DNA of 57,839 nt, filler included, from Sphacelaria rigidula (GCA_964200075.2; 9 parts of 9 records of this genome joined end to end with filler, not necessarily neighbours in it); one strand, 5' to 3'; shown: positions 25,827 to 39,465, counted from the whole stretch's first letter. The notes: a model not told the origin generated them from the letters alone. Program-made: numbers and translations.

Positions 25827-26153
25827 TCATCTGCGTTCGACATCTCGCCATCACTTCTGCACTGAAGACATTGCCGTCGACTTTTTATTAAATTTAGGCC
25901 GCCCTGAAAATGAAAGGGCTAAACGTGTGAATGCTCGTAAGCCGTCTACTTACACCCATGCGTGCGCACGTGCCAACATGCTAATACACCGCGTTGACCA
26001 CATAGTGTCGCATCGATGAAACGCGACTGCTTCCTCAACATTCCAACCCCTTCGCGATCGGTGTGTCGACCGTATCACCGCAAGAATCGGGGTCTAGGTT
26101 GTGCCGTCATTAATCGACTCAAAATGATGCCGATTCAACCGACGATCCAACCG

Positions 26154-26263
26154 TTAACCCCTTGACAGCGAGGGTAGGTCACCCGCTGAATCGGCATCAA
26201 TATTGACTTGAAAAAAGTGAGGGTGATCCAAATGGACTACCCGCACTGCGGTCCAGGGGTTAA
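26154..26263. mobile_element. ~105-bp TTAA MITE, complete copy in opposite orientation
   Basis: TTAACCCCTTGACAGCGAGGGTAGGTCA...TGAATCGGCATCAA...GCGGTCCAGGGGTTAA. Confidence 0.85.
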
Positions 26264-26488
26264 CCGACGACTTGACCGCCGGGTGAACACAGATTCATGC
26301 CCTACTGAATGCAGCGATATACTGTATGGAGTATGGGAATGTTGTATATATTACATATTCGTACCTGTATACAGTCAGCATCTGCTACACGGAAATGACG
26401 TTCAAGAACATGACGGCCTGAACGACACGGACGAAGGTGAGCATCGACATAACATCAACTGTTGTCTGAGCGGATTTCCCACTACATA

Positions 26489-26840
26489 CCGGTCGCCTCG
26501 GTGGCTCTGTTGGTAACTTCGAAATTTTCTGACAGGTGGATCGTGAGGTTCGATTCTCGGAGCGATCTAGGATTTTTTTTCTCACACAATGCCCAACAGG
26601 AGAGCGACTTAATGTCGGTACACAAAATACGACGTAACGGCCGACGGGGGAAGGGGACCGCTGACCCCCTCTCGCGACAAAAAATAAAGGCCGGCACCGC
26701 AGAAGGAAGGTGGAGTGTCAGTATACTAAAACAAATGAAAAAAAAAAAAAAACTGTGTTGACCTTCCTGTATAACCCCGGCTGATGCGCCCACATATATA
26801 CCGGAAGGGGTAGACTGGCGTCCAGAATGGACGGGACGAC

Positions 26841-26913
<73 letters not shown>
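26489..26913 (+). mobile_element. Full-length tRNA-derived SINE with (CA)n tail
   Basis: Pol III A box TGGCTCTGTTGG (26502) and B box GGTTCGATTCT (26547), then a body shared with five other copies and a ~70-nt CA tail. Confidence 0.85.
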
Positions 26914-26914
<1 letters not shown>

Positions 26915-29079
26915 GGATGGTCAATACTGGTAAGTTACCTGGCAAATTCCACTTCTGTAAATCTCAGGCGAATAACCGAATGGCATTGTGGGTCTACCAA
27001 GTGCTAAATACATACGCTCCCAGATATATGCTGTTGCTCCATGAGTCAATTCACAGCTAAAAACGGAATAACCATTGTTGGCTGCTATGAACTCGGGTAA
27101 AACGTCCGTATGCCCTATTTTTTCCATTTTTTTAGTATATTTATTTCCTTCTATATTTTTCCGTTGTGTTGCGCCTGTCTGAATTGTGTCTGGGTCCGAT
27201 TAATTTCATCATTCTCTTTTACCCTAGCTTGGAGTAGTTAGCCTATGACCACGGTAATTACAACCCACGTACACCCTTCGTCCCCGGTTAGATGAAGCCA
27301 CACCTGCAATCCACAGGCCTGACTTAGAGCTGCTGAAAATATAGTACTGTAGTAACAACGCTTGTTCCTGTTTCAACTTTGCATACTACTGCAATTGCAT
27401 CAACCCCCGTGTGCGGGTTGGCCGATCCTTTCCTATTGACAACAACATGGTAGGCAAGGTGCGTACCGTGGAAGAGAAAGGATGAGAGCTTGAGACTATG
27501 CGGACTCTTTCCGAGGAACAGGAGAAGAGACTTTCAAAAGCATTCGTATGGCGGAAGAAACAGAGCTTGCGTATACAATCACTTGGTCGACTGTCTCTTG
27601 AGAGGAACTTCCTCGAGAATATTAGATTGTAAAATAACAAAGGAACCCTGCGGAAAAAACATGAAATATCAAAGAGTAGTGGGATCTGCAGTTTATGGAA
27701 TGGGTACGAATATGTGAATAACCAAGGTTGATGTGATGGCGAATGTAGACCGGTTGAATCACGCAAATAGGTCAGACATGGAGGTCTGAGATTTTAAGAA
27801 TGCGGCAACGGACTAAGACGGTACGGCAGATTAGTTGAGATTCTTTCTATTCAAGACTAGAGCACCCTGTGCGCCCGGTAGCACTACACGTATACACACG
27901 AACGTTCAGTTAGGGAGCGCGTAGAGCGTAGGTTGGGTAGTTTCGAATCTCGACAGATGGCCTCATGAGAAATTTCTGAGAATTTACGTTGGTCAACAAG
28001 TGCTGCCCCGGAGAGTACTGTAATAAGTGCATGCTAGCCGCGTACATGACAACTAACTGGGGATACAGGGAGGGTACCATTTTACTTTCTGTAGTCTACT
28101 GCTGCTGTGGCGTACTGCTGTAGATGTCTGTACTACCAACAGTAACAACACGAAGGCGTTCTCTGTGGACATGCAATAGCACGGTCCTCTCAGGAGTCCC
28201 CCACCCGACGATACTGAATGCACCGTACACCTAACCTGTCAAGTAAGTAGAACAATGACATCACACCAAAGCGTGTAGAGGTATCTCAAATTCGAGGTTC
28301 CCGATATATTCAACAGTAAATTTACTGTTGAATACAGAGGGAAACCTAGAGTTTGACCCACCTCTGGTGATGGGACCCCCCCGAAAAGTCCATCCATATC
28401 CAAAAGTCCCCGAATAGGGCGGTGCAGCACTGCAACTAAGGCGATGAGAGAAACCCATGAAGCTGCGGGATACTATCTAGGCGACTTTGGGATGTGCAGG
28501 GACTGGTGGCCATACCATCTGCAGGATACACTTGCGTGCAGAGTGTCAGAACATCCGAAGGACAGACGAGTACACATTTGACCGCGCTACCTTGAATATC
28601 CGAGGCAACTGGTCGTTGCAAACACCGGACGGTGACACTGGGAGGGTTGTACTTTCAGCTTTTCCGCCGAGAGCATTGAAGCGCGCACATATGTACTAGA
28701 CAACCTCACTTTACCCGACAAGAACAACGCTGGGGTCTGGTTATGCCGGCTAGAGTGGAAAATAATCACGGTTAGCTGTGGATGACTGGCTTGACTCTTT
28801 GATCGCCATGGTGGGCGATGTGGATATCATCTTCACTTTTCAAGTGGAAATGATGCGGACAAAATAGACCATCCACCCTGGCGGCGAAAGTCTAAACACC
28901 AACTACTGTTGCATTCTGCAGAGCACAGCCCACCGCAAAACAACGAACAGTATACACTTGTGTACATACGCTGCAGCAGATTATTTTTGCAGACGGACAG
29001 TATCGATGCGATCGATCTATTCGTGGATGGTGCGGCATACTTTCTGCGGCTCGCTTTAGTTAAAAACCTGGCAACTGAC

Positions 29080-29301
29080 CTGTAGCTCTGCGTGGGACTC
29101 GTTGCATGCCGTGACACACGCCACTAGCAAGGATTTCCACGTCTTGGGGCGAGTCGAAGGCCGTTGGGAATCGATGAACAGCGTGGACAGCTTCGCTCGC
29201 GCACTCGCTGGCGAACACCCGTCATCATCTTGATGTCGCTCGTCCTTGTGCCCACCACGGTTGGATCCACTATTTCTACTGCCTGGATCGCCGCTTTCCA
29301 T
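29080..29301 (-). CDS. Probable first exon of an unknown gene
   Basis: ATG plus 74 codons (MESGDPGSRN...ACNESHAELQ) ending at CAG|GTCAGT; no homology recognised. Confidence 0.4.
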
Positions 29302-31618
29302 ATTTTCTGCGCAGAGAGCGGGAACAGAAGACAGATGAGAGGCTGACTTGTGCTCCTCAACTGGACTTGGAGTAGGACTGACGGTGAAAGTTGCCCGACG
29401 ATAGCGAATTGAGATGGGCGATTGCGATAACATATCCGCCGTTACTGCGGATGTAGAGGAACGGAAACAAGGACGTTTCCTGGAGAGAGGCTAACCGTGA
29501 CGTCTGTTGTGCGTATCGCGGGTCCTTGATCGCAGCAAGCACAAATACAAGATTATCCGCGCCCCAATGGCGGAAGGGCGTGTTGGCCCATCGAGAGACC
29601 GCAAATGAACATCTAGTGAACTGTTCTCTCTTTGAGTGAAAATGATGCCGATTCATCAGACGGGCCCGTCTGGGTAGTCGAAGGGTTGACGGCAAAACAA
29701 GGTGGTCGATCTACTGGAACGCAATGCAAACTACCCCGCACCAAGACGGTTTCTCAGTACGAAGACGCATCGTTGTCGGAACGACTTCATCACGTATCCC
29801 AGAGCGCCCGCAGTCACCTAACTGCAACGTCTGAACTGCACGTTGTACAAGATTACACCGTGAGTTAGGCTGTTGTAGCGAGGTGTATCTCAAGGACGGA
29901 ACAGTCGCAGGTGTGAGGAAATTACCGATTGAATTCAGCTCCGTATTGGGAGTCGAAACAAACAAGATACTGTACTACTGCTCTAAGTGGCTTGTGAGTG
30001 CCGCACTCACCACGCCAGAACAACGGGAAGATCCCAGCACTCGTTGCTCGTCGACACTCTCCGATCCAAGCCTGTCTGTCGTCAGTGTGTTTGGACAAGA
30101 GCGTGGTCACACCATCTAGGCCGACCAATTGATTGCTTTTGGTGCGAACTGATGTGATTAATACTGTTGGGGGTGCTAGGTGATTCAGCGCAAGCGCACA
30201 CCACAATGAGGTCTCTCCGCCGTTGTTGCAATCCAACAAATTGGATATGCCGCGAGGGGGGATGGTGCTCGGGCGTGCGTTCTTGGCGATACTGTGTCCC
30301 GCTCAGGCTTGATAAATCAATACCTTGGCAAATATTATTGGAGATGATTCGTACGAACAGCTGTCCGCGGAGATCAGCTGCCTCTGAACTGAACATAACC
30401 CCACGGGCATTCTGTGGGCGCAGCTATATAGTACACAACGCCGCTCAGTTGAGAGGCACCGCTACCAGCACAGGTTCGTTGGAGAAACCACAGATTTTTG
30501 GAGGATTTGAAACTGAACAGCCCGCAAAGTTTGAATCGAGAGGGTTTGATTGGCCAATGTTCTTTCCACCGCACAAGAACATTCAAGTTCTTGCAACGGT
30601 ACTTTCCGCTGAATAAAGCCGAGCCCTTCAGATCCGTTCTGGAGCGCAATGTACATGATAGCCCGATCAAAACGTCAGTAGGTTACGAGTACGTATTCGA
30701 TGAGAGGGCGCTGCAGTCCGTCTTTGTGCTTGTATTGCGGGCACAGTACTGTCTGTATGATGGAAATGTTTTCATCTCTGCGTACGATATACGAGTATAT
30801 ACATACTGAGCAATGAGGTGATGAAGGCTGGGTGACTCCCCATCACACGGATTTATATGTCACGGGCCTAACGAGGACCAGTCAGCATCAGTAGCAAGTA
30901 CCCCACGCCATGATACAGTATTTCACGTTGCGATGTAAGTGCAGAGTCGAACTGTCCTAATAACAACAATAAATATGTGAACGATAGTGAAAACAAACAA
31001 ACGAGATTGCACAGTCGACTTTCCCACCATCTTCGTCGGTCGCTCATGAAATAATGGGCGAATATATATAGCAAACATGGAATTCAACTGCTGACGTCGT
31101 CCTAGTTTATTTTACTCCGCAATAAAAAGGCAAACGGACAACAGTAGAACAGCTGAGAGACCTCTATCACCCCCGGCCCTTATGCGGCATTTTGGTTCTC
31201 TTTTTGCTCCTCTACGAGTACGATTACCTGTTGTCTGGTTTCATGCAGTATAATAACGATCATTATCATATTATCATATTAAACAATACCAATAAAGGAA
31301 TTAACAACAGTGTTTTAAATGTTGCATATCTTCGCTTGCATTTTTGTGTGCGTACATTCTTCTGCTTTGATTTCACAATGCATGATATCGGGGTAAAAAA
31401 AGATAAACACCCTAATGTCGCTTCGTCCATCAGTTTCATCTCCTCTAGGGTATACATACAATTTTTTTTTCATCTCACCCCGCAACGGGCATCTTGTACA
31501 TATGGGCCTGGTTTTCGCCGAAACACCAACAACAAGATGGCATCGTGGTATCAATCAAGAGTCAGTCGATTTAATTCTGATCCCAAGACTCAGCCTGGAT
31601 TTCAGGTCAATCGCCGTG

Positions 31619-31678
31619 TGCTGCTGCTGCTGCTGCTGCTACTGCTACTGCTACTACTACTACTACTACTACTACTAC
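31619..31678. repeat. (CTG)n(CTA)n microsatellite
   Basis: Direct reading. Confidence 0.95.
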
Positions 31679-31739
31679 GGCAGTACTGCTGCCCACTCGG
31701 CTTTGCTGGGACGAATGAAACACTGAGCACAATTCAATA

Positions 31740-32090
31740 AGATCATCTATTATGGCAATGAATCTTGATTTGTGCAAATATGAGGATTTCAATTCGTCTA
31801 TTATAGGCGATTTCCTCCCAAAGATTGATTTTTTGGACCGCTGTCCTTTGGGCAATGTTGCTCGCGGTTAGCTGTGAGAAAACCCGACCAATTATCCGAT
31901 TCTCTGAACAGCCGATCATCTATGTTGAGGATGGTGCTTTTCATTGAGGATGAGAACCCGGAGGATTAAAATCTTCGTATCCACACTAAATCTTCGATTC
32001 GGATCACCGAAATACCCTGAAATTGGATTTTCCCGTAGGACCCCAACATTTCGGTTATTGACATCCAAATTTTTAGGACCTGTAGCAGTT
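31740..32090. mobile_element. Truncated DNA-element end related to the 5208 MITE arm; 31905-31978 recurs inverted at 38629-38700
   Basis: TTTGT.CAAATATGAGGATTTCA is shared with ~5236; AACAGCCGATCATCTATGTTGAGGATGG...TTAAAATCTTC is reverse-complementary to the start of contig 7. Confidence 0.6.
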
Positions 32091-32555
32091 NNNNNNNNNN
32101 NNNNNNNNNNNNNNNNNNNNNNNNNNNNNNNNNNTTAATTAATTAANNNNNNNNNNNNNNNNNNNNNNNNNNNNNNNNNNNNNNNNNNNNCCGGCAACGC
32201 TCACACACATTTACGTACAATACACGAGCGCACGGTAGCGACAGCCTGTAGCCAAAGTAGCAACATTATCTCACGCTTCGCCAATTTTTCCCGGACTAGA
32301 GCTACTACTAGTGGTAGGTAGTCGAGACACACGACATGGAACATGATCCCGTATATGCAATCATGGTAGGCGATGAGCTTGGAGGGGCCGTGTATCCGTC
32401 ATCTCAGCGGTCTCCATGCCAAGGATCTCTGTACACGGTAGTTGACCGCATCCGCCAACGCCTCGGCAATAAACAAGGGAACAGCAGGCTGCGCCCCCCC
32501 CCCCCAAAAAAAAATCGATCCGAAATGTATTTTTGACAGACCCATCTGAAAAGCC

Positions 32556-32660
32556 CCTGTGTTGACCTTCCGCCTGTGTGACCCCGGCTGATGCGCCCAC
32601 ATGTCCCGAAAGGGGTAGACTGGCGCCCAGAATAAATGGAACGACAACACAACACATACA
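32556..32660 (+). mobile_element. SINE 3' end (5'-truncated)
   Basis: CTGTGTTGACCTTCCGCCTGTGTGACCCCGGCTGATGCGCCCACAT...ACGACAACAC. Confidence 0.85.
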
Positions 32661-33613
32661 TGTCCCATGAAAAAATATGTTACCATTTTCCAGAATCCCC
32701 GTTTTGTGTGTAAAGGTGTCATAATAACCACTGGGCCACTCATTCAGAGCTGCGTGAGTGGCTCAGTGGCTAATGTGATATCTCAAGACACTTATCGTCT
32801 TGAAATCCGGGCGCCCTTTCTGGGTGGGGTGGGTGTCAAGAATTATACACTCCCCTCGTATACTATAATAATACTGTCTCCTAATATAATAGAACTTGTG
32901 GTAGGTCGCTTGACGTCTGTTTTCGTGATCTTCAGCGTGTCATGTGATAGGCACTGTCTTTTTCCTGGCTATGGAATTACCGGGTAATCTTTACGTGTCA
33001 TTTATCCTGTTTCATTGTTGGTACTTGCTGTATGGAAACTCGTTGATTCCCGGGCTGCGTACACACTGGGACATGAGTGAGTTAATTTCATGGCGACCAA
33101 CGGGTATGATTCCGTCTGGTTCGATCTAGTACACTGTTGAAAAAATACATGCACTAGCTCGTGTTGTTGGATCCAATGCTTCGTGATAACGTGAAGCGCG
33201 AAGCGCTTCCCTCTTTATTACATTCATCGTATATAATTGATCCATGAAACACCCGAACGAAGTTTTCATCGTCGAAGGTACGTGCATGACCTTGGATGTT
33301 ACGTAGCAAGCCCAGATAAAAGAACAGTTCTACTCTCACAATAGCCAAGCGATGGAGGAGGCGGATGAGAGCATTGTCATCTGCAACCTCGAGTGTCTGA
33401 CAGTTTTCGTGCGCTTCTCCGTCTCGCCCAGAACCCAAACACTACACCACTCCTGCTTCGTGGCTCCGCCGCGCCATTTTCTCCGGGCATGGACAGAATA
33501 CACCCCATAGAACCAGCTGCCCATGCTGCCCATGCTGCGGTACCACAACACCCAACATCGCCCCCGGCATATCATATACGAAATCAACACAACTTGACTC
33601 GCGCTGCCTACAG

Positions 33614-36600
33614 GGAATTCGCTGGACGCCACGGGAGGTGAGGGGTTGCTGTGTTCGTCGAATGATACAGCTGCCAGAGAACGAAGTTCATCTCGAAGCG
33701 ACGTGGGGAGGCCGTGGTTGGACTCGGCGGAACTGCGCAGGCCAGACGACCACCGCAGAATCGGGGATAGCCAGGTACGATAGATAAAACTGACCTAAGA
33801 CGATATCGACAGGGCAGATAAGGCCGCATTTTGGGCGCCTTGTTGGTGATACCAAAGTTCATTTGTGGCACTGCACAGTTCGTTTATTTTCTTCAAAACG
33901 TTTCTAATATCTTCGTGGATCAGTGCAAGCCAAGACCTTACAACAGCACATTGAAGGTTGTATCTAGCCTGCCTGCGCGGAGAGGAGTCGGTGCAATCTC
34001 ACAGCTGACCTGTGACGGACCATGGCGCGAACATGATACCAGGACGAAATACCTGATGATGTTGACATTGCGAACCAACATTGAGAACGTTGTTGATCGA
34101 CAGGTTTCGTTCGTCTCTCTCGACAATTTTATGAACATCATGAACCAGCTTCAAGTCTGCACGCTATTTTGGGTAGTTTTGCCGAGAAATTCATAAGGCA
34201 GCAGCCATAACACTGTGGATGCGCTGTACGTCCGTATCATGAATTTCATCTTGCCGCAAACCACACAGCTTCAAGATAACCAGGAAGGCCGCCCTCTTAT
34301 CCAGGAGGAGTCGAGTGCATCTTTAGATTCAGTATCTTCAAGGGCAGGTAGATCAGGGGTACCTGGGATTTCGAAGTCAAATGAGTCAGGTTGGGTCCAA
34401 ACAAGGAATTACAGCGACGACGGGCTCAAGCCCGATGGAGTGGATGGAAAGGCCACTTATTCGACTTCGCAAGCTGGACGTAGCAGCTCCGCTGGGAGAA
34501 CAACGGCCAGTGAAGGCTGTGGATTAAACGTGCTTGGTCTACGGCCGAATAGTGAATGCTGCATGAAATCGGCTTGCGAGAGTAAGCCACTACGGACACA
34601 CGTCAAGAGTGCCTCAAACAGTCGGCCGGGTGACATGCTGAGCTGCGACCCTCAGCATACAAAAAACCTTGCCAGTGGCTACCGCGAACAGACCACACGA
34701 CACGAGACAGCGGAGGGGAACTTTCCCGTCGATACCGTGGCGTGTACAACACAGTGGGACACCCAGACAAAAATGCCTCTGACACCACCTCCTCCTCCTC
34801 TCCAACAGAATATGGATATGTACAACGATCGACCGAATGATGGACGACCTCCTCAAGCTAATTGCACCAGGCACGTTCAAAACTCTCGCCGGCCGTGTTC
34901 CCCACTCGTAGGATTGTCGGCTAGACGTTCTGCAGTCTCCAGTACTGAAATTGTAATGAGACAGACTGGCGACCGACTATTACCAACAACAACGGAAGCC
35001 AGGAATACAACCCTATCCTCGAGGGTGTCACCAACTACGAGGTTTGGAGCGGGCGGTGATGGTGAGGGGATTTTGAACATGAATGTCCCCTGCTACCCCG
35101 AATACCTTACATCCGAGTACGAAAATGACGAAGAATTATCTCCCCGCCCAAGCACCGTGGCTTGGCCGTCGAGTCCCAAGCGTCTGGACGTCGGGACGTC
35201 AGCAGCTTCCCTAAGGAATCGGCACCCGGCTACAGCACCGTCGCTCGGTGTCGATGACAGAAAAATCAGTGACACCGAACACTTCAACAAAGGAAACGGA
35301 GGACATGGATCGACAAGTAGTTTTTCCGTTGCTTATCAGCATCTCGGGCGAGGTATCGAAGAGCGAACGTTATTGGATCACGGGCAAGTTCTAAAATGGC
35401 GCCATCGTAGCCTTACGGATGAAACCAGGCGGCTGAATGAAACCGATTCCCGTGCTATCAATACCCGAACAACAAACCGAGAATATTCATCCGTCTTCGA
35501 TCGTCGTAGTTGCCCATCCGTTGAGTCATCGGATGCGGGAACTCCAGCGTGTTCGTTCGGAGGCCGAGCTAGACTGCGGTATAGGCGCGCATACATACCG
35601 TGTCGACCGGTAATAGATTCGCAAAGCTTTCCGCTGGTGTCTCAAACGGCTAGCGGAAGTGGGCTCCCCCGCACTCAGTTGTGTGAGGATGGGTGTGCTG
35701 GACTGAGGAAGCGGGCTTGGCGAGTCCAGAAATCAAGCCAGGTTCACAAGCACACGGCCGCTACTCGACAATCCCAACCATTATCGGCAAGGATTGCGGA
35801 CCGAGGATTCCGGTTGAAGATATCGAGGGCGTTGTCGGTGAGCGGTGATTCCCGGGAATAATAAATAGCTGGGGGATACAACGTGCATTTGAACTATTTA
35901 TACGAACGATAGCGAGTGTCATGGATACGTGATCCATCCGCGCAAAATATGTTGCGTCTCCAGATAAGGCACGGATGCACTCATCGGAAGTCACGGTTTT
36001 GTGCCGCACGATATGTTGTCTGCCGTGGCATCACATGCAAGTGCACCCTCGGTTTCGGACAGGACCGGTGTACACTTCGCGTGCCCTCTGTATTAATCCA
36101 ACTTAGAGTTTCTCACAGCGCTTTTCATTGGTCACATTCATAACTCCAGGTTGCTGATCCTGACCGAAATGGGTTTCTGTTTCTTGATAGCCTGGAGCGA
36201 GTTCTGCAACAATGCGGGATGTTGCCGCCCCAGCAGCACTCGAGTGGTCGTGACAGCTTGCTCCTGCAGACTTGGCGCGCGCTGTCCGAAGAACCCACCG
36301 GAGACTGCGATGACGGGATCTCTGTGGCTCGTGGTGTGCCAGTCGATCGCCTGTCCGAAGTTCTAATCAAAGCTGCAAAACTTGGTAGAGAGCATGGGAT
36401 CGCGCACAAGCGAGGAGCTCCGCTTTCTGGACCGCTGCGTCGGAAAGCGGCGTCGTTGTGGCCGCCTCGCATCAAAATGGGATGGAGGAACGAAGAGCCA
36501 ACTCGGACTCCTCATTCTACCACGATGGCAGTATATGAGAAGGATGAATTCACGAACCTGTACAGCGAGCTTGGAAAAGCGTACGAGTCGAATAAAAACC

Positions 36601-37817
36601 TTGATGCGAAAAAAAAGTCGGTTCAGAGCGCTAATGCTTTAAAAACGTTGACCGCGGGCGGGATAGGCAGGAGTGGCGAGGTGGGTTCTCGCGTGACGCC
36701 CGCTCAAGCTGAGGCGATGACCGCGAGGTTTGACAAAAAAAGTCGAGCAACACAGCGCAAGGTTAAAAAACTGGCGACAGCGGCGAAGGCGACACCAAAC
36801 GCTGTCCTTTCGTTTCAGCCGCGGATGTTTGCCACGCCTGTAGAACAAACCTTGCGCCATGCCGTAGCGAGTGAGCCACACTACACGAGAGAAACTCGGC
36901 CTCGAATGGCTTCCGACGAGGGTGCCTTGCGAGAGCTCGATGTTCCACTAGTGGTAGACTTCCCAGCTAGCAAGGAGCATGAGTTCGACGAGAATTGCAC
37001 ATTCCGTCCACGATTGTTTCGCCCCAAACCGTCATCTCCGCCTTTACACCCAAAAATGCTGTGCAGGGACGAGGATGTTGATCGTCCTTATTCTGGAACA
37101 GAGGGTAGGCTGAGGTCATCGCGGCACGCTCAGGTAGAGCTTTTGAAGGCAAAGCGCTTGAAGCGACTTCGGCGCCGGGATACTCAACAAGTGCCGGCAG
37201 ACCGGACCAAGAGTAACACACATGTAGGTGATGATACATATGTTGACGCCGGGCTGCGGCTGAGACATGTTTTTTCGGAAACGAAGGGGAGTAAAGCGGT
37301 TAGCATGAAGAGGGCCAGAGCCCCCCGTAGTCTGGGTTTTGAAGAGCGCATACGCTCGCGGCAGCGGAGGGAGCGCAAGAGGAAAGAAGAGGAGGACCGA
37401 GTCACCACCGTGGAGGATGCCCGGCGCGAGAAACGAAGGCAGCATTTGATTCGCCTATCGAGGCGAACGGCTGCTAGAGTAGGGTTTGAGGTAGCCCTGT
37501 CGAATAGGGCAGAACAGACCGGTATTTGCGATTTTCCGGTACTTGCCGTTGAGATAGAATTTGTTGGTCGGGGGCGGTGGGTTCTGTTCCCCTTTTGGAA
37601 AGACAGTTCCCTCGTGGAAGAAGTGGGCAAGTTGGTTAAGCAAGAGCAGCTCACGGACAATGTTGCAGCTGAGCTAGAGAGAAGAGTTCAGAATGAACTA
37701 AAAAGAGTCAAATCGACTCCTCGTGGCCGCATGACGGAGGCCACGATGGACAGGAAAATGGCGGAGAGACGTAATCTAATCGTGCCAAAAGTAGTGCTTG
37801 CGGTGAATACATCCTAG
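33614..37817 (+). CDS. Large protein (>1070 aa) with a disordered region, an EF-hand-like motif and CTF.P-type motifs; exons ~33614-33774, 34269-35837, 36150-37817; start not located
   Basis: The 548-aa and 532-aa ORFs join through a phase-0 intron (TCG|GTGAGC ... CTCCAG|GTT), giving RLKISRALS-VADPDRNGFLFLDSLERVLQQCG. ENCTFRPRL and LSFQPRM motifs and a charged helical segment lie downstream. The first exon is less certain. Confidence 0.8.
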
Positions 37818-38477
37818 GGTTGATATTGGGGTATTGAAAGCTGGTCACGATTCATAGCGAAGCATTCAGGTTATATGAATGATGACAATTATCAAATATC
37901 TCAAGGACGCTATTTACACCCCGTGTCGATGCGCTCGAAGCCGAGTGAGTCTGGATAACGGTATCGATACCGTGGAAGGAATATCAGTGAGACGATCAGC
38001 ACCGGAGCGTCTACAGTGCTCTTCACCGCTAATAGAAAGCAACGGCGGCCCGTCCGTTTCATCTCTTATCTTGTCAGTGGGACCAGGGGGCTCCGATATG
38101 GCAAAAAACCAGGCCCGACAGTTGCCTGTTGGTGCATGTTTGACGGGGGGTCACAGTAAATTTTATGCGCTCTTTCAATGCATGGGGCTATCTTCTAGTA
38201 CCGTGCGGCGCACCCTAGGGGAGAACCATCCCCCCCTCTCACACCCACAACCCCAGACCCTTATTTCCACCAAGCTCATGAAGAGGACGTTACCGCAGGC
38301 AGGCAGGCACACGGTAGTTTTCAGTCATACCTTCGACCCCTCCTCTTCCTCGGGGAGATTCCGTGTCCATGCAAAGAGAGAGACAAGACCCGCCAGGACA
38401 CGCACAAATGGTTTATCGCACCACTATAACAGTTTCAACTTTTGAGCGCCCAAAAATTGAATTCCCCCCTCGACGGG

Positions 38478-38528
38478 GGGGGAGGGGGGGGGGGGGGGAC
38501 TCATGAGCTGCCAGGGCCTGGGCACCGG
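38478..38528 (-). mobile_element. Possible LINE-like 3' end (variant C) with poly(C) tail
   Basis: Minus strand reads GGCAGCTCATGAGT followed by a long C-run, similar to the TGAGT(AC)-C-run end of the other copies. Confidence 0.4.
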
Positions 38529-39281
38529 NNNNNNNNNNNNNNNNNNNNNNNNNNNNNNNNNNNNNNNNNNNNTTAATTAATTAANNNNNNNNNNNNNNNN
38601 NNNNNNNNNNNNNNNNNNNNNNNNNNNNGAAGATTTTAATCCTCCGGGTTCTCATCCTCAATGAAAAGCACCATCCTCAACATAGATGATCGGCTGTTTC
38701 AGGGAAAGCACGGCTTTCGAGGTGAACCTCATTTTTTATTTGTTGCCCACATTAATAACAACCAATCGGTTCTTCCGATTGCTTGCCCATATAAATATCA
38801 ATCAATCGGAAGGACAAATAAAACATTACCAAAGCCGCCAAACAGAATTATTATCACTTTCACGGCGCGTTCTCATTTTCCTTGTCTCGTAAAGTTGCCC
38901 TGGAACGGTCTCAATTAATAGAGCAAGTCATTCCAAGGCGTCAATACCCGCCAACCTCTCTTTCAGGCGTAGAACGACGGAGAAGGGCCGAAGAAGCAGT
39001 TTTAACAGGAATTTTGGACAATTTTCGATCGAAAATGTGCAATGGACAAGGAAAACTCCGTTCTGATAGGTCGAGGTTTCAATTATCAAATTTTTTGTTG
39101 ACGATGGTTGAAATCACGGCCTGCAAGATCGGAATTCTTATTTTTCACCGAACCATTTCGATCTAAAATGATGTTATTAGTGTCCTCAGCATCGACCAAA
39201 GCTTATACTCCTACCATCTTCCAAGAATCAGCGGGACTGTCGGATCCCCTGTGTGGTGCCGAAAGCACGCGAACTGGGGTA

Positions 39282-39465
39282 ACCCACTTCCCCAAGAGGG
39301 TTTCTGCCCTCGTGACTTACTTATCCTTTGACAGCCAGACCTAGAGTGAGTGGATCATTTGAGTCGCACAACGACCCACTTCCCCAAGAGGGTTTCTGCT
39401 CTCGTGGCTTACTTATCCTTTGACAGCCAGACCTAGAGTGAGTGGATCATTTGAGTCGCACAACG
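39282..39465. repeat. 92-bp direct tandem duplication
   Basis: ACCCACTTCCCCAAGAGGG...GAGTCGCACAACG occurs twice with 2 substitutions. Confidence 0.9.

Noticed and set aside
26489..26565. Functional tRNA gene
   Set aside because: A and B boxes are present but I could not fold a cloverleaf; the sequence runs into a repeated SINE body.
29632..30616. Divergent plus-strand gene from overlapping short ORFs
   Set aside because: No consistent exon chain or motif.
32583..32640. CTGATG...GAAA in the SINE 3' end as a hammerhead ribozyme
   Set aside because: The core reads CTGATGC rather than CTGANGA, and the GAAA is a tetraloop, not the core strand.
31905..38700. Large inverted repeat flanking contig 6 as one element
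   Set aside because: The two copies lie on different contigs separated by artificial spacers.
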